A stretch of 63,973 bases of DNA, filler included, from Acetivibrio sp. (GCF_035371925.1; 7 parts of 7 records of this genome joined end to end with filler, not necessarily neighbours in it), one strand, 5' to 3'; shown: positions 1 through 10,357, numbered from the whole stretch's first letter. The notes: generated from the sequence alone by a model not told the origin. Translations and numbers: made by a program.

Positions 1-54
1 ATTGGGTCAAATCTTAACCGGCGATTTTAGGTCAAAAATATTCCGGCGTTGACA
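1..54. mobile_element. Terminus of an IS21-family insertion sequence (contig breaks inside the element)
   Basis: Reverse complement reads TGTCAACGCCGGAATATTTTTGACC. It starts with TGT and has two tandem subterminal repeats (GGGTCAAATCTTAACCGGCG / AGGTCAAAAATATTCCGGCG), the usual IS21 end architecture. No transposase is in view. Confidence 0.7.
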
Positions 55-163
55 ATACTTATATACCCTTCCATTCATTTCATTACGCACTATTCGGAAT
101 TTCCAAATAATTGTATCTTCATCTAACTATTTTATCACACAATGTGTACATTAAAACGGATAG

Positions 164-1162
164 TTAAATAATATGATTTTCCAGACCACTTTGCAGCATC
201 TCCCTATATTTTTCTATAACTCCATCCGGCGACAATATCTTCACCTTATTCCCAAACTGGAACACCCAGGCCAGGAAAGTAGAGCTCACGGCCACATTGA
301 TTCTCACATTAAAATGGTTTTCATCGGCTTTCTCTAAGGATATATCCTTACCAAAGCGGTCAATCACAACATTCACAAGGGAATTGTCAAACTGAAGTTT
401 CACCGTTTCTTCCTCGCCTCCGAACATATTGAATACCTTTTTCGAATACTCGGCGATATCCAGGCTTTTTTCACCAATTATTTCCGACAAATCCCGGCGA
501 GGTTCTTTCAGGAGCTTTATTTCGGTCATCCTGTCAACTCTGAAATATGTCAGATCCGGATTCTTGGGGTAATGAGAGATTAAATAGTAGTTTTCATCCA
601 CCCAGGAAAGTGCATAAGGACTCACAATATAGGCTTGCCCGGAATTCCGGAATTGTTTCTTTTTTTCAATGTTATACTCAAAATATTTAAAGGATATCTG
701 GCAATTTTCAGATATTGCAGTATGCAGGGTATCAACATTGCAGTAAATGAGTTCATTCATGGTCTTGACTCTATTGGCAACGTATACCTGTCTCTGAAGC
801 TTTTTGGCCTGATGTATGCTTGTAAGGCTTTCAATTTTCTTTATCAGGTCGTTACTCTTTTTATGAGTAATGAATTTTGATGACTGGACGATATCAACCA
901 GGAGCTTTAGCTCCGGCAGTTCAAAAAGCCGGTTTGCCACAAAATAGTCAGTAGTTTTTGTCTTCCGGGTGGCAATGTCAATGCCATACCGGCGCAGAGC
1001 TTCGATATCGTCATAGATGGATTTACGCTCAGCTGTAATACCATAGCGCTCAAGCTCTGCAATCATCTGATTGAGGGTTATACTATTCTCTTCATCGGTC
1101 TTCTCAAGAAGGATTTTCATAAGGTAGAGTATTTTCAGTTTTTGGTTTGAACTTTTTGCCAT
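164..1162 (-). CDS. WYL-domain transcriptional regulator (N-terminal wHTH, WYL, WCX)
   Basis: 332 aa. HTH-like 'RKSIYDDIEAL', WYL-like 'VSPYALSWVDENYYLI' and 'FRVDRM', C-terminal WCX-like 'FLAWVFQFGNKVKILSP'. Confidence 0.9.
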   Translation of the reverse strand: MAKSSNQKLKILYLMKILLEKTDEENSITLNQMIAELERYGITAERKSIYDDIEALRRYGIDIATRKTKTTDYFVANRLFELPELKLLVDIVQSSKFITHKKSNDLIKKIESLTSIHQAKKLQRQVYVANRVKTMNELIYCNVDTLHTAISENCQISFKYFEYNIEKKKQFRNSGQAYIVSPYALSWVDENYYLISHYPKNPDLTYFRVDRMTEIKLLKEPRRDLSEIIGEKSLDIAEYSKKVFNMFGGEEETVKLQFDNSLVNVVIDRFGKDISLEKADENHFNVRINVAVSSTFLAWVFQFGNKVKILSPDGVIEKYREMLQSGLENHII

Positions 1163-1209
1163 ATGTATACCTCAAATTTTAGAATCTTTACAGCTGTTTG
1201 CAAAACATT

Positions 1210-1440
1210 TTATTCGTCTGATTTTTCTGCATAAACCATCTGCATCGCCAGTCCCCGACTATCCAGTGCTGGTTTCTCCGGTATAGACCTGAAACCGTTT
1301 TTTAATCCCAACATACCCGTTACTGCCAGGCAAAGCGCATCAATACAGTCTTCCTTTATTTTGCCAAGTTTCGGGTGTTCCGATATATAATCCGTAAGTT
1401 CGGAGGTATGATCATAATATAGTGTTATATAATTCTTTAT
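1210..1440 (-). pseudogene. 5'-truncated remnant resembling the C-terminus of DUF429 (RNase H-like predicted nuclease)
   Basis: Open frame of 77 codons with no start codon, absent from the ORF track: ...KEDCIDALCLAVTGMLGLKNGFRSIPEKPALDSRGLAMQMVY. This resembles the DxxDALxLA...P..D..GL.M C-terminal motif of DUF429. Confidence 0.55.
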
Positions 1441-1898
1441 TCATCTTGATCAAAGTCAATTTCCGATTCATCGTCAACGATAATCTCAGCACCCAATTTC
1501 AAATATTCCTCTATAGATTCTTCAAGGTCAAAAAGTTCCATTTCTGTTTCTCTATAACCACTAACCTCAATTAACCAGTCCGGTTCGGAAAAACTATCAC
1601 CTCCCACTGCACAATCATAGACACTACCGCCCTTTGATATTTCAAATGAAGAGTCTGAAATTCTAAATGTAATATATCTCATTTCTTCAAATACATCTGT
1701 ACCAGATCGATAAATAATACCAAACTCACAGCATGCTCCAACGGTAATTAAAGGTAATCTTTCAAGGGCATAAAGCGCATTCCCAAGTCCAATAACCTGC
1801 TTTGGTGTAATAAGAGGACTCTTTAAAAAACGTCGGACAGTGTTTCGTGCAATTTCAATTGCATAATAGTCATCATCAAATAAATCAAATCTCTCCAT
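1437..1898 (-). CDS. Hypothetical acidic protein
   Basis: 153-aa ORF with an upstream GAGG RBS-like sequence. Very D/E-rich C-terminus. No family recognised. Confidence 0.75.
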   Translation of the reverse strand: MERFDLFDDDYYAIEIARNTVRRFLKSPLITPKQVIGLGNALYALERLPLITVGACCEFGIIYRSGTDVFEEMRYITFRISDSSFEISKGGSVYDCAVGGDSFSEPDWLIEVSGYRETEMELFDLEESIEEYLKLGAEIIVDDESEIDFDQDE

Positions 1899-1961
1899 AT
1901 AATAAAATCCTCTGCCTTTATAACTTTTTTAACAAATAAATGTTTTGTCTTGTCTGAGGTA

Positions 1962-3380
1962 TTATTCCTCAACAACTTCAATATTCACCTTTGCATACTC
2001 TCTATCCATCTTATGGAGTTCATCCCTAACCCGCTGTCTTAGCTCTACAGCCGGTTTTACACAATACTTTATAAAATCCGCATTTGTAACTTGTAAGTCT
2101 GGAAACAATACCTTAAGATAAGCTGTTGCCAAACGCACTATTGCTTTCCTGTCTCTCAGGTCATTACAGTTTTGCAGTCTCATATTTAAATTTACATAAT
2201 CGGTATACTGCGGCTCATTTCTAAGATTATGAAGCACTTCTGAGAAGAAATCGCCCTTAAAACCAAGGTACTTTGAGGGAGTATCCTTTGATATTCTTGG
2301 CATAAGCCAACCAGCAATGATACCATGCAACCTATCAATAAACGCAGTTTCCTGAAGAAAGTTGGGTATTTCCCGGAATAAACCCTCATCTTTATATACA
2401 GGCTGATGGTTTTCATCCAATGTAATGTTTCCAAGCATAACAAATCCGGCTTCAGCACTTGCTTCCGTATTACCCCGGCTAAATCTGCCGGACTCCAGAT
2501 ACACCTTCAGACCGGCAACCAGTTCACCTGTTGAATCTCCCTGAATACTTTGGACCTCATCCAGTACAACAACATCATACCTAGTTACAAGTCCGGGAGT
2601 ATTGTTTCCGTTGTGATGGAACATAACTGCAGGAGAAACCTTGCCGCCGCCAATAACTCTTGCATACCTTGATATATTGCTGTATACAAAGGATTTTCCT
2701 GTCCCCTTGGGTGCAAGTTCAATAAGGTTAATCCTCGGCTCAACCATTGGAAGAATTCTGGTAATAAGTACATTTTTCTGTTCTTCGTTATAAATTGTCG
2801 GATTAAACCCCATGCTCGATATAATAAGATCTATCCATTCCTCTGTAGTAAAGTTCGATCTGCATTCCTTATAATATTCAATATCAATGCTTCCTACCTG
2901 AAACGGCTTGAAATTGCGCATCCACAGCTGTCCCTTTTCATTTGGCGACGCCGGAGGGACATAAAAAAGGTCGGCAACACCCCAAACCCCACTGGTAAGA
3001 AGCAAGTTGTTTTTTTCCACAATATCGTCGCTGATAAATGCGTCATTCATATCCAGGAAAGGAATTTTCAACGTTCTCTTGCCTGTTTTAAGATTCACTG
3101 AAACGCTGTAATCGTCCAGCAGCTTAACATTTTCCATATTAAGCAGTCTGTTTTTAACTTCTTCCTTTTGTCCTTTCTGAGGAAGATACCTGTTAACAAA
3201 TTCAGATATCTTATTCCTGGACTCTTCGGTAAGCTCACCGTCCTCCAAAAAATTATAAAGAATCCATTCTCCAACATATGCAGGAATGGCCCTGGAGGAG
3301 AACCCTGCCTTATGTATCAAGCTTTTATTTATTACAACGTCACCATAGCAGTCATACGCTTTTTGTTCAAACTGCAACAT
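1962..3380 (-). CDS. brxL: BREX BrxL-like MCM-type AAA+ protein, short form without a Lon protease domain
   Basis: 472 aa. Walker A 'ELAPKGTGKS', Walker B 'VVLDEVQ', 'AFIDRLHG'. Lies directly after pglZ and ends without a Lon Ser/Lys protease region. Confidence 0.85.
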   Translation of the reverse strand: MLQFEQKAYDCYGDVVINKSLIHKAGFSSRAIPAYVGEWILYNFLEDGELTEESRNKISEFVNRYLPQKGQKEEVKNRLLNMENVKLLDDYSVSVNLKTGKRTLKIPFLDMNDAFISDDIVEKNNLLLTSGVWGVADLFYVPPASPNEKGQLWMRNFKPFQVGSIDIEYYKECRSNFTTEEWIDLIISSMGFNPTIYNEEQKNVLITRILPMVEPRINLIELAPKGTGKSFVYSNISRYARVIGGGKVSPAVMFHHNGNNTPGLVTRYDVVVLDEVQSIQGDSTGELVAGLKVYLESGRFSRGNTEASAEAGFVMLGNITLDENHQPVYKDEGLFREIPNFLQETAFIDRLHGIIAGWLMPRISKDTPSKYLGFKGDFFSEVLHNLRNEPQYTDYVNLNMRLQNCNDLRDRKAIVRLATAYLKVLFPDLQVTNADFIKYCVKPAVELRQRVRDELHKMDREYAKVNIEVVEE

Positions 3381-3394
3381 GCTCCATACCTCAC

Positions 3395-5752
3395 TTAAAA
3401 AATATCATCAAAGTTCGCTATATTTTGTTGAACACTCTTAACAATAATCGGGAGCTTATATTCATGTTCGTATTCTTTTCCGAGAAACTTATACGTCACT
3501 TTCAGCAGCAATTCTTCATTCCCTTCATTTTTAACAAAACGAATATTATCCATATATACTTTAGACACCGAAAGTTCATCAAATTTCTCATATTTCACAC
3601 TTTTAGAATCTGACCTGACATTAGAATTCAATATGCTTATTTCAACATCTTGCACAGCGTATTCATTCGGATTCTTAATAATCATCTGAATTTTTGATTT
3701 TACAGACAACCTGAATTCATTGGATACCAGGGTAATGATCAAAGCCTCTTCTTTAACATCCACCCTTTCAAATCTAATAAAAGGCACAATCTGCTCCTCA
3801 GGAGTTATTCCGCCATGAACATAAAAACTTTCATCTGTTTCCTTAAAGCGATAATACTTTTTTGCAATCAGGTAATTCTCCTTCGTTCCAAATCTATTCC
3901 TGTCAATAACGTAACAATAGCGGTCAATATTGCTGTGCAGCTTACTCATATCCTCATCTGCAACGTAAACATACCTGTGATCCGATTTTTCTACACGACC
4001 CTTATAATACGCCTGATCAATCAGATTTTCCTGGCTGCTCAATATGCTAGTACTTCCATGATCGGACATTACATACACTTTCAGTTTATTTTCATACCCG
4101 ATTCTTTTGGCAAAAGCGAGAATCTCCCGACTCAAAGCATTAAGTTCATTTTTTATTTTTGATCTCATTGATAATGCAGATTCCTTTTGCCCTTTATGCA
4201 GTATATCGTCAATTTCAAGGTAATTTAGTATTAATACGTCCTCGTCCTTTTTATCAATTTTTGACAACTCGCTTATATTTTCAAGATATCGCATGCTAAG
4301 GCCAAGCATACCCGCCCACTTCTTAACTTCCTGCTTATAGCTGATATTTTTCGCATTGCTGTACGGTTCACCTGTAAACAAGCTTCCTTTTGACACCTCG
4401 GTTACAGTTGGAAGCATTGCAAGTAATGGTTTCTCACTTGTCGAACTGAAACCCTGCTTTAAAAAGTAATCTTTTAAAAGTTTTGAATATTTATAATTAA
4501 AATTATCAATAATTATAACCAGAGAAAGTTCGTTATTCGCCAGCTCACTGCTAAGCATGGAAAACGCTCTATAAACCAGGTACTCTCCGGAAGAAATCAG
4601 CCTGGCATAATTATTATATACCCAGTCTCCATATAATACGGAATAACTGTTTATTTCTTCATCGTTTTTAACATTATCCTCCATCCAGAACCGATAAGGC
4701 AAATACTCATTTCTTGCCCATTCCAGCCAATCTTTTATATCAAAAGATGCTTGCGGCCTGCTTGGTCTTGCAGGAGGAATAATCCTATCCAATTTCTCGT
4801 CATAATCCGTTATTATGTGTTCAAGGTGTTTGAACTTATCTTTAGCTTGTTTTATAATCTGTTGGTCAACAACCCCGGTATTATTCTCCAAAACTTTCAA
4901 TATAAAATAATATTCTTCGATAAAACGTCCCGAAACCATTTCTATGTACTTTCTAATATCCTCGTTTTCAAGGAAGTCTTTATCGAGAGTATTCAAATAA
5001 ATTTCAATTTCCTTTCGAAGCTTCGAATAGTCCAATGATTCATCATAGTAGTCTTCATCTTTAAATTTAACCTTGCTGAAGTCGTAAGCATTGCTGCCTG
5101 CAATACTGCAAGCAATGTCTATCGGATATCCGGCAACCAGTAAGTATTTACATAAGTCATCATACAGTTTTGAAGGATTCGCATAAAAACTGTCTATAAT
5201 ATTTGCAGTCCAGCTTTCTGCCGCATTCCTTTTCCATTGACCAACTCTCCGCCTGAAAACCTTGTTCACCAATTGAATGGAAAGACTCTTCTTCATTTTT
5301 TCAAAATCTATAGAAGACAATATATTTACAAGGTCGTTTACCGGAAACCTTTCGAAGACAAGAAGACTTGAGAAATAATTTGCCATAATAAAGGCTTCAA
5401 ATTCCATACCGGGCACATGCATTAACAAATCCCCAGCTTTAAGAATACCTGACTTTATTATATCTTCACTGCTTATATAATCAGGTACGGAAATCCCATA
5501 AAGTTTGTAGAATTCTTCCATCGGCGAATATCTGTGTATTTCAATATTCTGACTGCCGTAATTTGCCTGCATTGCCCTGAAAGCCTCAAGACAGAACCTG
5601 TTTCTCACCAGTACCTTTAATCCGGTATTTGAATAAAGTGCGCTGCGTATAGCATCATAAGCCTTTACATATTCATCAGGCTTATTAACTACAAGCCCTT
5701 CAAAGTTCTCCACAATTCCATCCGTGTCGTCATATATATGTACTACGCCCAT
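3395..5752 (-). CDS. pglZ: BREX PglZ alkaline-phosphatase-superfamily protein
   Basis: 785 aa. PglZ motifs 'VIIIDN', 'AMLPTVTEVSK', 'MSDHGS', 'HGGITPEEQIVP'. C-terminal beta-sandwich-like region. Confidence 0.9.
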   Translation of the reverse strand: MGVVHIYDDTDGIVENFEGLVVNKPDEYVKAYDAIRSALYSNTGLKVLVRNRFCLEAFRAMQANYGSQNIEIHRYSPMEEFYKLYGISVPDYISSEDIIKSGILKAGDLLMHVPGMEFEAFIMANYFSSLLVFERFPVNDLVNILSSIDFEKMKKSLSIQLVNKVFRRRVGQWKRNAAESWTANIIDSFYANPSKLYDDLCKYLLVAGYPIDIACSIAGSNAYDFSKVKFKDEDYYDESLDYSKLRKEIEIYLNTLDKDFLENEDIRKYIEMVSGRFIEEYYFILKVLENNTGVVDQQIIKQAKDKFKHLEHIITDYDEKLDRIIPPARPSRPQASFDIKDWLEWARNEYLPYRFWMEDNVKNDEEINSYSVLYGDWVYNNYARLISSGEYLVYRAFSMLSSELANNELSLVIIIDNFNYKYSKLLKDYFLKQGFSSTSEKPLLAMLPTVTEVSKGSLFTGEPYSNAKNISYKQEVKKWAGMLGLSMRYLENISELSKIDKKDEDVLILNYLEIDDILHKGQKESALSMRSKIKNELNALSREILAFAKRIGYENKLKVYVMSDHGSTSILSSQENLIDQAYYKGRVEKSDHRYVYVADEDMSKLHSNIDRYCYVIDRNRFGTKENYLIAKKYYRFKETDESFYVHGGITPEEQIVPFIRFERVDVKEEALIITLVSNEFRLSVKSKIQMIIKNPNEYAVQDVEISILNSNVRSDSKSVKYEKFDELSVSKVYMDNIRFVKNEGNEELLLKVTYKFLGKEYEHEYKLPIIVKSVQQNIANFDDIF

Positions 5753-5763
5753 AAAAACCTCAC

Positions 5764-8700
5764 CTACAACTCTTTTCTGACCTCATCCAGGCATTGAAGA
5801 AGCTGTTCCTTATCAATTTTATACCTCTCCATAGATTTACTAAGCAGGCTCATTAAACACTTCTTCATACTATTTTTATCCTTGGGAAGGGTTACTTCAA
5901 TTTTTGGTTCATCATACTCTCTTGTCCCTTTTTTATCCTGTCCCCAGATGGAACTTTGTTTGTATTCAGGTTTTTTGTACTGAACCTCATATTTTTTATC
6001 TTCATTTTCAAGATACAGAGTTATAATTTTGCTGTACCTGCCTTCCCTATCAGCAGCAGCAAATTTCAAGGTCTTGTTTTCCTTTGTTTCAAAGGTGTAT
6101 TCTTCATGTTTTGCTTCTCTCTGAGACTCAAACTTTGTTGGGTCATCCCCATTGGATGTAATATATACTGTGGAATGTACAGCAAGTGGCTTTATTGTGA
6201 CCTTTATATTACTCCTGTAGTATATCCGCCATGTGCTGCTGTCTATTTCATCCTGTTGGATATCATGCCCGAAACACTTGAAATCCGGCGCTCCGACAAG
6301 AAACATATTCTCTTCAATATGCTTTTTCCCCAGTCGGATTTTCTCAATATATATCTCCCTCTTATCCAGCGTCCATTCCTTGACCGCAGATAGTTTATAT
6401 CCCTTATCCCCCGGCAATCTGACCATCAGCAACTCTTCCAGGGAGTATCCTTTGCCCAGATTCTCAATTATAGGAAGACTATTTTCACTATGCAGTTCAT
6501 AGTACTTGCCCGTCTCCCGTTGAATGTCTGAGAGCCCTTCATACCATTGGTTTAATTTCTGAAGGATGGCCTCATAAGTAGAGTCGCTAATTCCAAAAAT
6601 CTCCTTAACCTTGTTGATTATATCATTTCTGACAATTTCATATCCTTCCTCAATGGTTTCTTTATCCGACTTAAGCTTAACGGCAATGCTTTCTGCCTTC
6701 TCCTCCAGCAAAAGCTCATCTTTTTCATATCCATAAATAGTCTTAATCTCTTCAAGAATAAACTCAACCGGATTAGACCTGTCAATCTTGTCAAAAACCC
6801 GGATAAATGCATCCAATGTATGGTTATTATAAATTTCTTCTATTTTGCAAACCGGAGGAAGGCCTTTGTACCAGGCCTTCATCGCCTCAAAAAGGCTTGA
6901 AAGCGAGACTTCATTTTTTATGCTCTTACTGCTGTCAACAAAAATCGGGGTAATCTTTTTTATAAACGCTTCATCTCTGTCAGATATCTTTTTGTATATA
7001 ATAACGGCATTTTTATATTTTTTATAGTATACCAGATCAAGAATTTCATCATAAGAAAACGGCCTTATGCTTCCTATTTCATTAATATCCTGTTTGATCA
7101 ATATGCTTTCTTTAAAATACCTAAGCATTACTGCAAAGAACAGTATACACGCGTTGTAGCCTATACCGTATTGTGATGTCATACGTTCAACCAGTGACAC
7201 GATATTTATTTCTCCCGTCGAATCCTTTACCGTTCCGATAATGTCGGACAATGCCGGAAGCAAGCTCCTATACTTGTCATATTGTGCTTCCATTTGGCAA
7301 ATAGCCCTGTCGCCGGCATAAGCTACCCTTATAATAACACCCGATTGGAGAAGAGCTTTCTCAATATATCTTTTATCACCGCGGTCTGCCGGCAGGTTAG
7401 ATTTATATCCCAAATCACTGGAAAAATCCAGGAGACTTTCAACCGCCTCTTTCAAAGCAGTGTTTTTCTTTTCCTTAAACTCGTGGCATACGTTCAAATC
7501 CTCATGCTTTAGCTTGTTTCTCCTATGCTCATATATTCCTTCAAGGATTTTGGATGCTGCCTTATTGTTATCAGAATTGTTTCTTGTCAATTCAATGCCG
7601 TTCTTTCCGTAGTAAATAAGGTTTTTGGACGAAATATACTTGTTAAATGCTTCTTCCAGTTGGGTATCGTATGCCTTTATATAGTCCTTCAAAACACCCA
7701 TGTCCTGTGCGGAGAAATTTTCCAGGCTGATATTAATACAAGCCTTAAGAGAAAATATCAAGTCATAAACCGGGATTTCTTCGGTAGGAACACCTACCAT
7801 AATGGCATCAAAAGAATTCCTCGCAGCCACGGAAGATGCTCTTCTGACCTCATCGGGAGTTTCGCAGATTATATAAACTGCAGCGCCTTCGAACCCATTT
7901 TTTATGTCCTTTTTTGCTTCCGTTAATTGCTTGTACAAATTAGCAAAGTAGCCGTCTGTCTCAGCCTCTTTAACAGTCACAAAAAACCTCTTTAGTCTTT
8001 TGTCCTCGTTATATAAAGAGTTATAATCCTTAGGCTCCAGAAATTCTTCGTTCTTGAAAAATTTCTGAATACCTTTTACGTCAGGGTGCTTGATTAGCTC
8101 TTCTCTCAATTCCTTTATTGCATCTGCCGGCATGTTGGCAGGATCCTGCTTGTATTCCCTTATTAAACCTCCAATATCATGGGCATCGCTTTTTCTGAAC
8201 TCATAGCAGCTGTTTGTTTCATTTAAATATATTATTTTGAGCCTGCATGCGTTTTTAAGGTAGTACTCCAACTGTTTCTCTTCCGCTTGTGTGTTTGCGT
8301 TTAAACCAAACTTCAGGTTATCCATATTGACCGGCACGCCTATTATATTATATATAACCATGGTACGAAGTATTTTATCGTATACTTTACTTTCTATATC
8401 AAGATCCCGGCGATTATGCCTGTGTTTATGTAATTCCCTCAAGGATGTTTCAAAATCCCTGACATACTCCTTTATGTTCGGTCTTAACTCGGTATTATCG
8501 GTAGAGATTTTTCCGCCGAAATAGTCGAAAAGCAAGTCGACGGTATATAACTGCAGTTCGCCGTTCTGCCCGGTGATGCTGTGGCTTCTGACAAACCAGT
8601 CATAAGAACCCGGATCATTCTTCTCATCCGCAAAAAAGGTAAATACCGACCTGTTATTCGATCCGACATCAGAGGCCAGTTTTAAAAGGGCAAAGGTTGC

Positions 8701-9900
8701 CATGGGATGCATGGGATAAATGTTTTCTATAATTTTTTTTCTTCTCTTCGGGGCAGAAAGCCAGGAAAATATGCCTAACGACTCGCATCTGGAAGCAAGG
8801 CTGTTAAACACATCCACTCTTGCCTCAACTTCGTTCTTCCACCCGTCAGAGTCCTTCTGTGGAATTACAATGGCGGATATAATATCCTCAATCCCCTGAG
8901 TTTCAAGAGGAATTTCCTTCACCCTGTCGCTGGCAACCTGAAAATCGGCATCATTGTAAATGCTCCTGTAGCTTAAAAAAGACCTGTGTATTGTTGCAAT
9001 GAACATGGTGACAAAACCGCCTGCAAATGAGTTTTCACACATCTCCCCGAACTTCTGAAAAACAGTAACATCAAACCTTTTGTTCTTTATCTGGTTGTCA
9101 AATTCGTCAAAGAGTATGGCTATACCTACAAATTTATCCCTTATAACCCTGCTGTTTGCCATCTGCTTTATAATTTCGACAAGGTTGTCTTTTTCATATT
9201 CAAACTCAGAGGTGGTAATATCCTTATGGAACCTGCAGAATATGTCTACTGCTTCCTTGCTGTATTCCTTGAGCGCTTTCTTAAATTTGGCCATCGTCCA
9301 GTTAGGATAAGTACTTTCAAGCTTTTCCTGAAACATATTGTAAAAATATGTGTGCTTGCTTTCCCAGAGTTCCAGTTTCTTTAACGCCTGAAGGTAATGA
9401 CTATCGAGTTCATCCGGATTGATTTCCTCCCTTTCCAGTGCTTCCTTTATAGCTCTCAGAACAATAGTTTCAAAGCTGGTCTCCAATCCGTAATCACATA
9501 TGCAGACAAGATATCTTCCTGTTTTCCGGATATTCTTAAGTTGATCGGCCTTTTTAATCTGTTCCTCCTCTTCTGCCTCTGCGTAGTTCTGAAAAAACTG
9601 CTCCATCTCAGGCATATCCGACGGGCTTTCAAGATAATTGGCAGTCATAAGGCACAAGTGGGATTTGCCTGTACCGTAAGAACCTGAAAGTATAAAGCAT
9701 CTTTTTGAGTCTTTTCTGTAAATTCCTTCAGCAATAGTTTCAAAGGCTTTCCTGTGAGCCTTAATCGGTTTATAGTGGGACATCCGCTCCACATTCTGGC
9801 TTCTGTCCTCGAACTCTTCCTTTAGCTTGACCTGTGCGGAGTAACCTCCATGTATCTTAATAATGTCCTTAATCATGTTCATCCCGTTGTTACACCTCAC
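5764..9900 (-). CDS. brxC: Large BrxC/SspC-like P-loop ATPase
   Basis: 1378 aa (true start may be 9882 or 9876). Walker A 'GSYGTGKS', Walker B 'ILFDEFD', 'YPMHP...SNNRSVFTFF' as in DUF4007-associated ATPases. Operonic with pglZ and brxL. Confidence 0.8.
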   Translation of the reverse strand: MRCNNGMNMIKDIIKIHGGYSAQVKLKEEFEDRSQNVERMSHYKPIKAHRKAFETIAEGIYRKDSKRCFILSGSYGTGKSHLCLMTANYLESPSDMPEMEQFFQNYAEAEEEEQIKKADQLKNIRKTGRYLVCICDYGLETSFETIVLRAIKEALEREEINPDELDSHYLQALKKLELWESKHTYFYNMFQEKLESTYPNWTMAKFKKALKEYSKEAVDIFCRFHKDITTSEFEYEKDNLVEIIKQMANSRVIRDKFVGIAILFDEFDNQIKNKRFDVTVFQKFGEMCENSFAGGFVTMFIATIHRSFLSYRSIYNDADFQVASDRVKEIPLETQGIEDIISAIVIPQKDSDGWKNEVEARVDVFNSLASRCESLGIFSWLSAPKRRKKIIENIYPMHPMATFALLKLASDVGSNNRSVFTFFADEKNDPGSYDWFVRSHSITGQNGELQLYTVDLLFDYFGGKISTDNTELRPNIKEYVRDFETSLRELHKHRHNRRDLDIESKVYDKILRTMVIYNIIGVPVNMDNLKFGLNANTQAEEKQLEYYLKNACRLKIIYLNETNSCYEFRKSDAHDIGGLIREYKQDPANMPADAIKELREELIKHPDVKGIQKFFKNEEFLEPKDYNSLYNEDKRLKRFFVTVKEAETDGYFANLYKQLTEAKKDIKNGFEGAAVYIICETPDEVRRASSVAARNSFDAIMVGVPTEEIPVYDLIFSLKACINISLENFSAQDMGVLKDYIKAYDTQLEEAFNKYISSKNLIYYGKNGIELTRNNSDNNKAASKILEGIYEHRRNKLKHEDLNVCHEFKEKKNTALKEAVESLLDFSSDLGYKSNLPADRGDKRYIEKALLQSGVIIRVAYAGDRAICQMEAQYDKYRSLLPALSDIIGTVKDSTGEINIVSLVERMTSQYGIGYNACILFFAVMLRYFKESILIKQDINEIGSIRPFSYDEILDLVYYKKYKNAVIIYKKISDRDEAFIKKITPIFVDSSKSIKNEVSLSSLFEAMKAWYKGLPPVCKIEEIYNNHTLDAFIRVFDKIDRSNPVEFILEEIKTIYGYEKDELLLEEKAESIAVKLKSDKETIEEGYEIVRNDIINKVKEIFGISDSTYEAILQKLNQWYEGLSDIQRETGKYYELHSENSLPIIENLGKGYSLEELLMVRLPGDKGYKLSAVKEWTLDKREIYIEKIRLGKKHIEENMFLVGAPDFKCFGHDIQQDEIDSSTWRIYYRSNIKVTIKPLAVHSTVYITSNGDDPTKFESQREAKHEEYTFETKENKTLKFAAADREGRYSKIITLYLENEDKKYEVQYKKPEYKQSSIWGQDKKGTREYDEPKIEVTLPKDKNSMKKCLMSLLSKSMERYKIDKEQLLQCLDEVRKEL

Positions 9901-10349
9901 TCAACATTGTAAATATTCAAAACCCTGTTCTGTCCAATGCTGTTTTCAATTCGTCTGTCCCTTAGAAATTTGGCGGCTTGAAGTATAAAGCAGTACCCTA
10001 TCCGGAATTCATCCCTTTCAATAAAATTTAAAAAATGCTCCTTGTTCAAATCATTCCATGTATTTATTAAAAAGTCGATATTATCGATAACAATGAGCTT
10101 TCCTCCGAAAGGAATATTTCTCAAGTATTTTTTCAAATCCTGTGGCTCAAAAGTATCAATACTGCCACTAAGTTCAGGTTTTGAAAGAAAATCAGCCAAC
10201 AGGTCAATATATAAAGATTCAGTTTTCTCGGCTAATTTCCTTGCGAGCTTCGACTTGCCGCTCATGGCCGGGCCAAACACCACAAAGGATTTGTAGCGTT
10301 CTTTTAGTTGATTATTTACGAAATCAATAATCTTTATCTTTTCTCCCAT
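9897..10349 (-). CDS. Small stand-alone P-loop protein, BrxF-like
   Basis: About 150 aa from the RBS-supported ATG at 10349. Walker A 'GPAMSGKS', Walker B-like 'IVIDNIDFL'. Size and motifs resemble BREX type 3 BrxF. Its stop overlaps the brxC ORF start. Confidence 0.65.
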   Translation of the reverse strand: MGEKIKIIDFVNNQLKERYKSFVVFGPAMSGKSKLARKLAEKTESLYIDLLADFLSKPELSGSIDTFEPQDLKKYLRNIPFGGKLIVIDNIDFLINTWNDLNKEHFLNFIERDEFRIGYCFILQAAKFLRDRRIENSIGQNRVLNIYNVE

Positions 10350-10357
10350 TGCAAACC

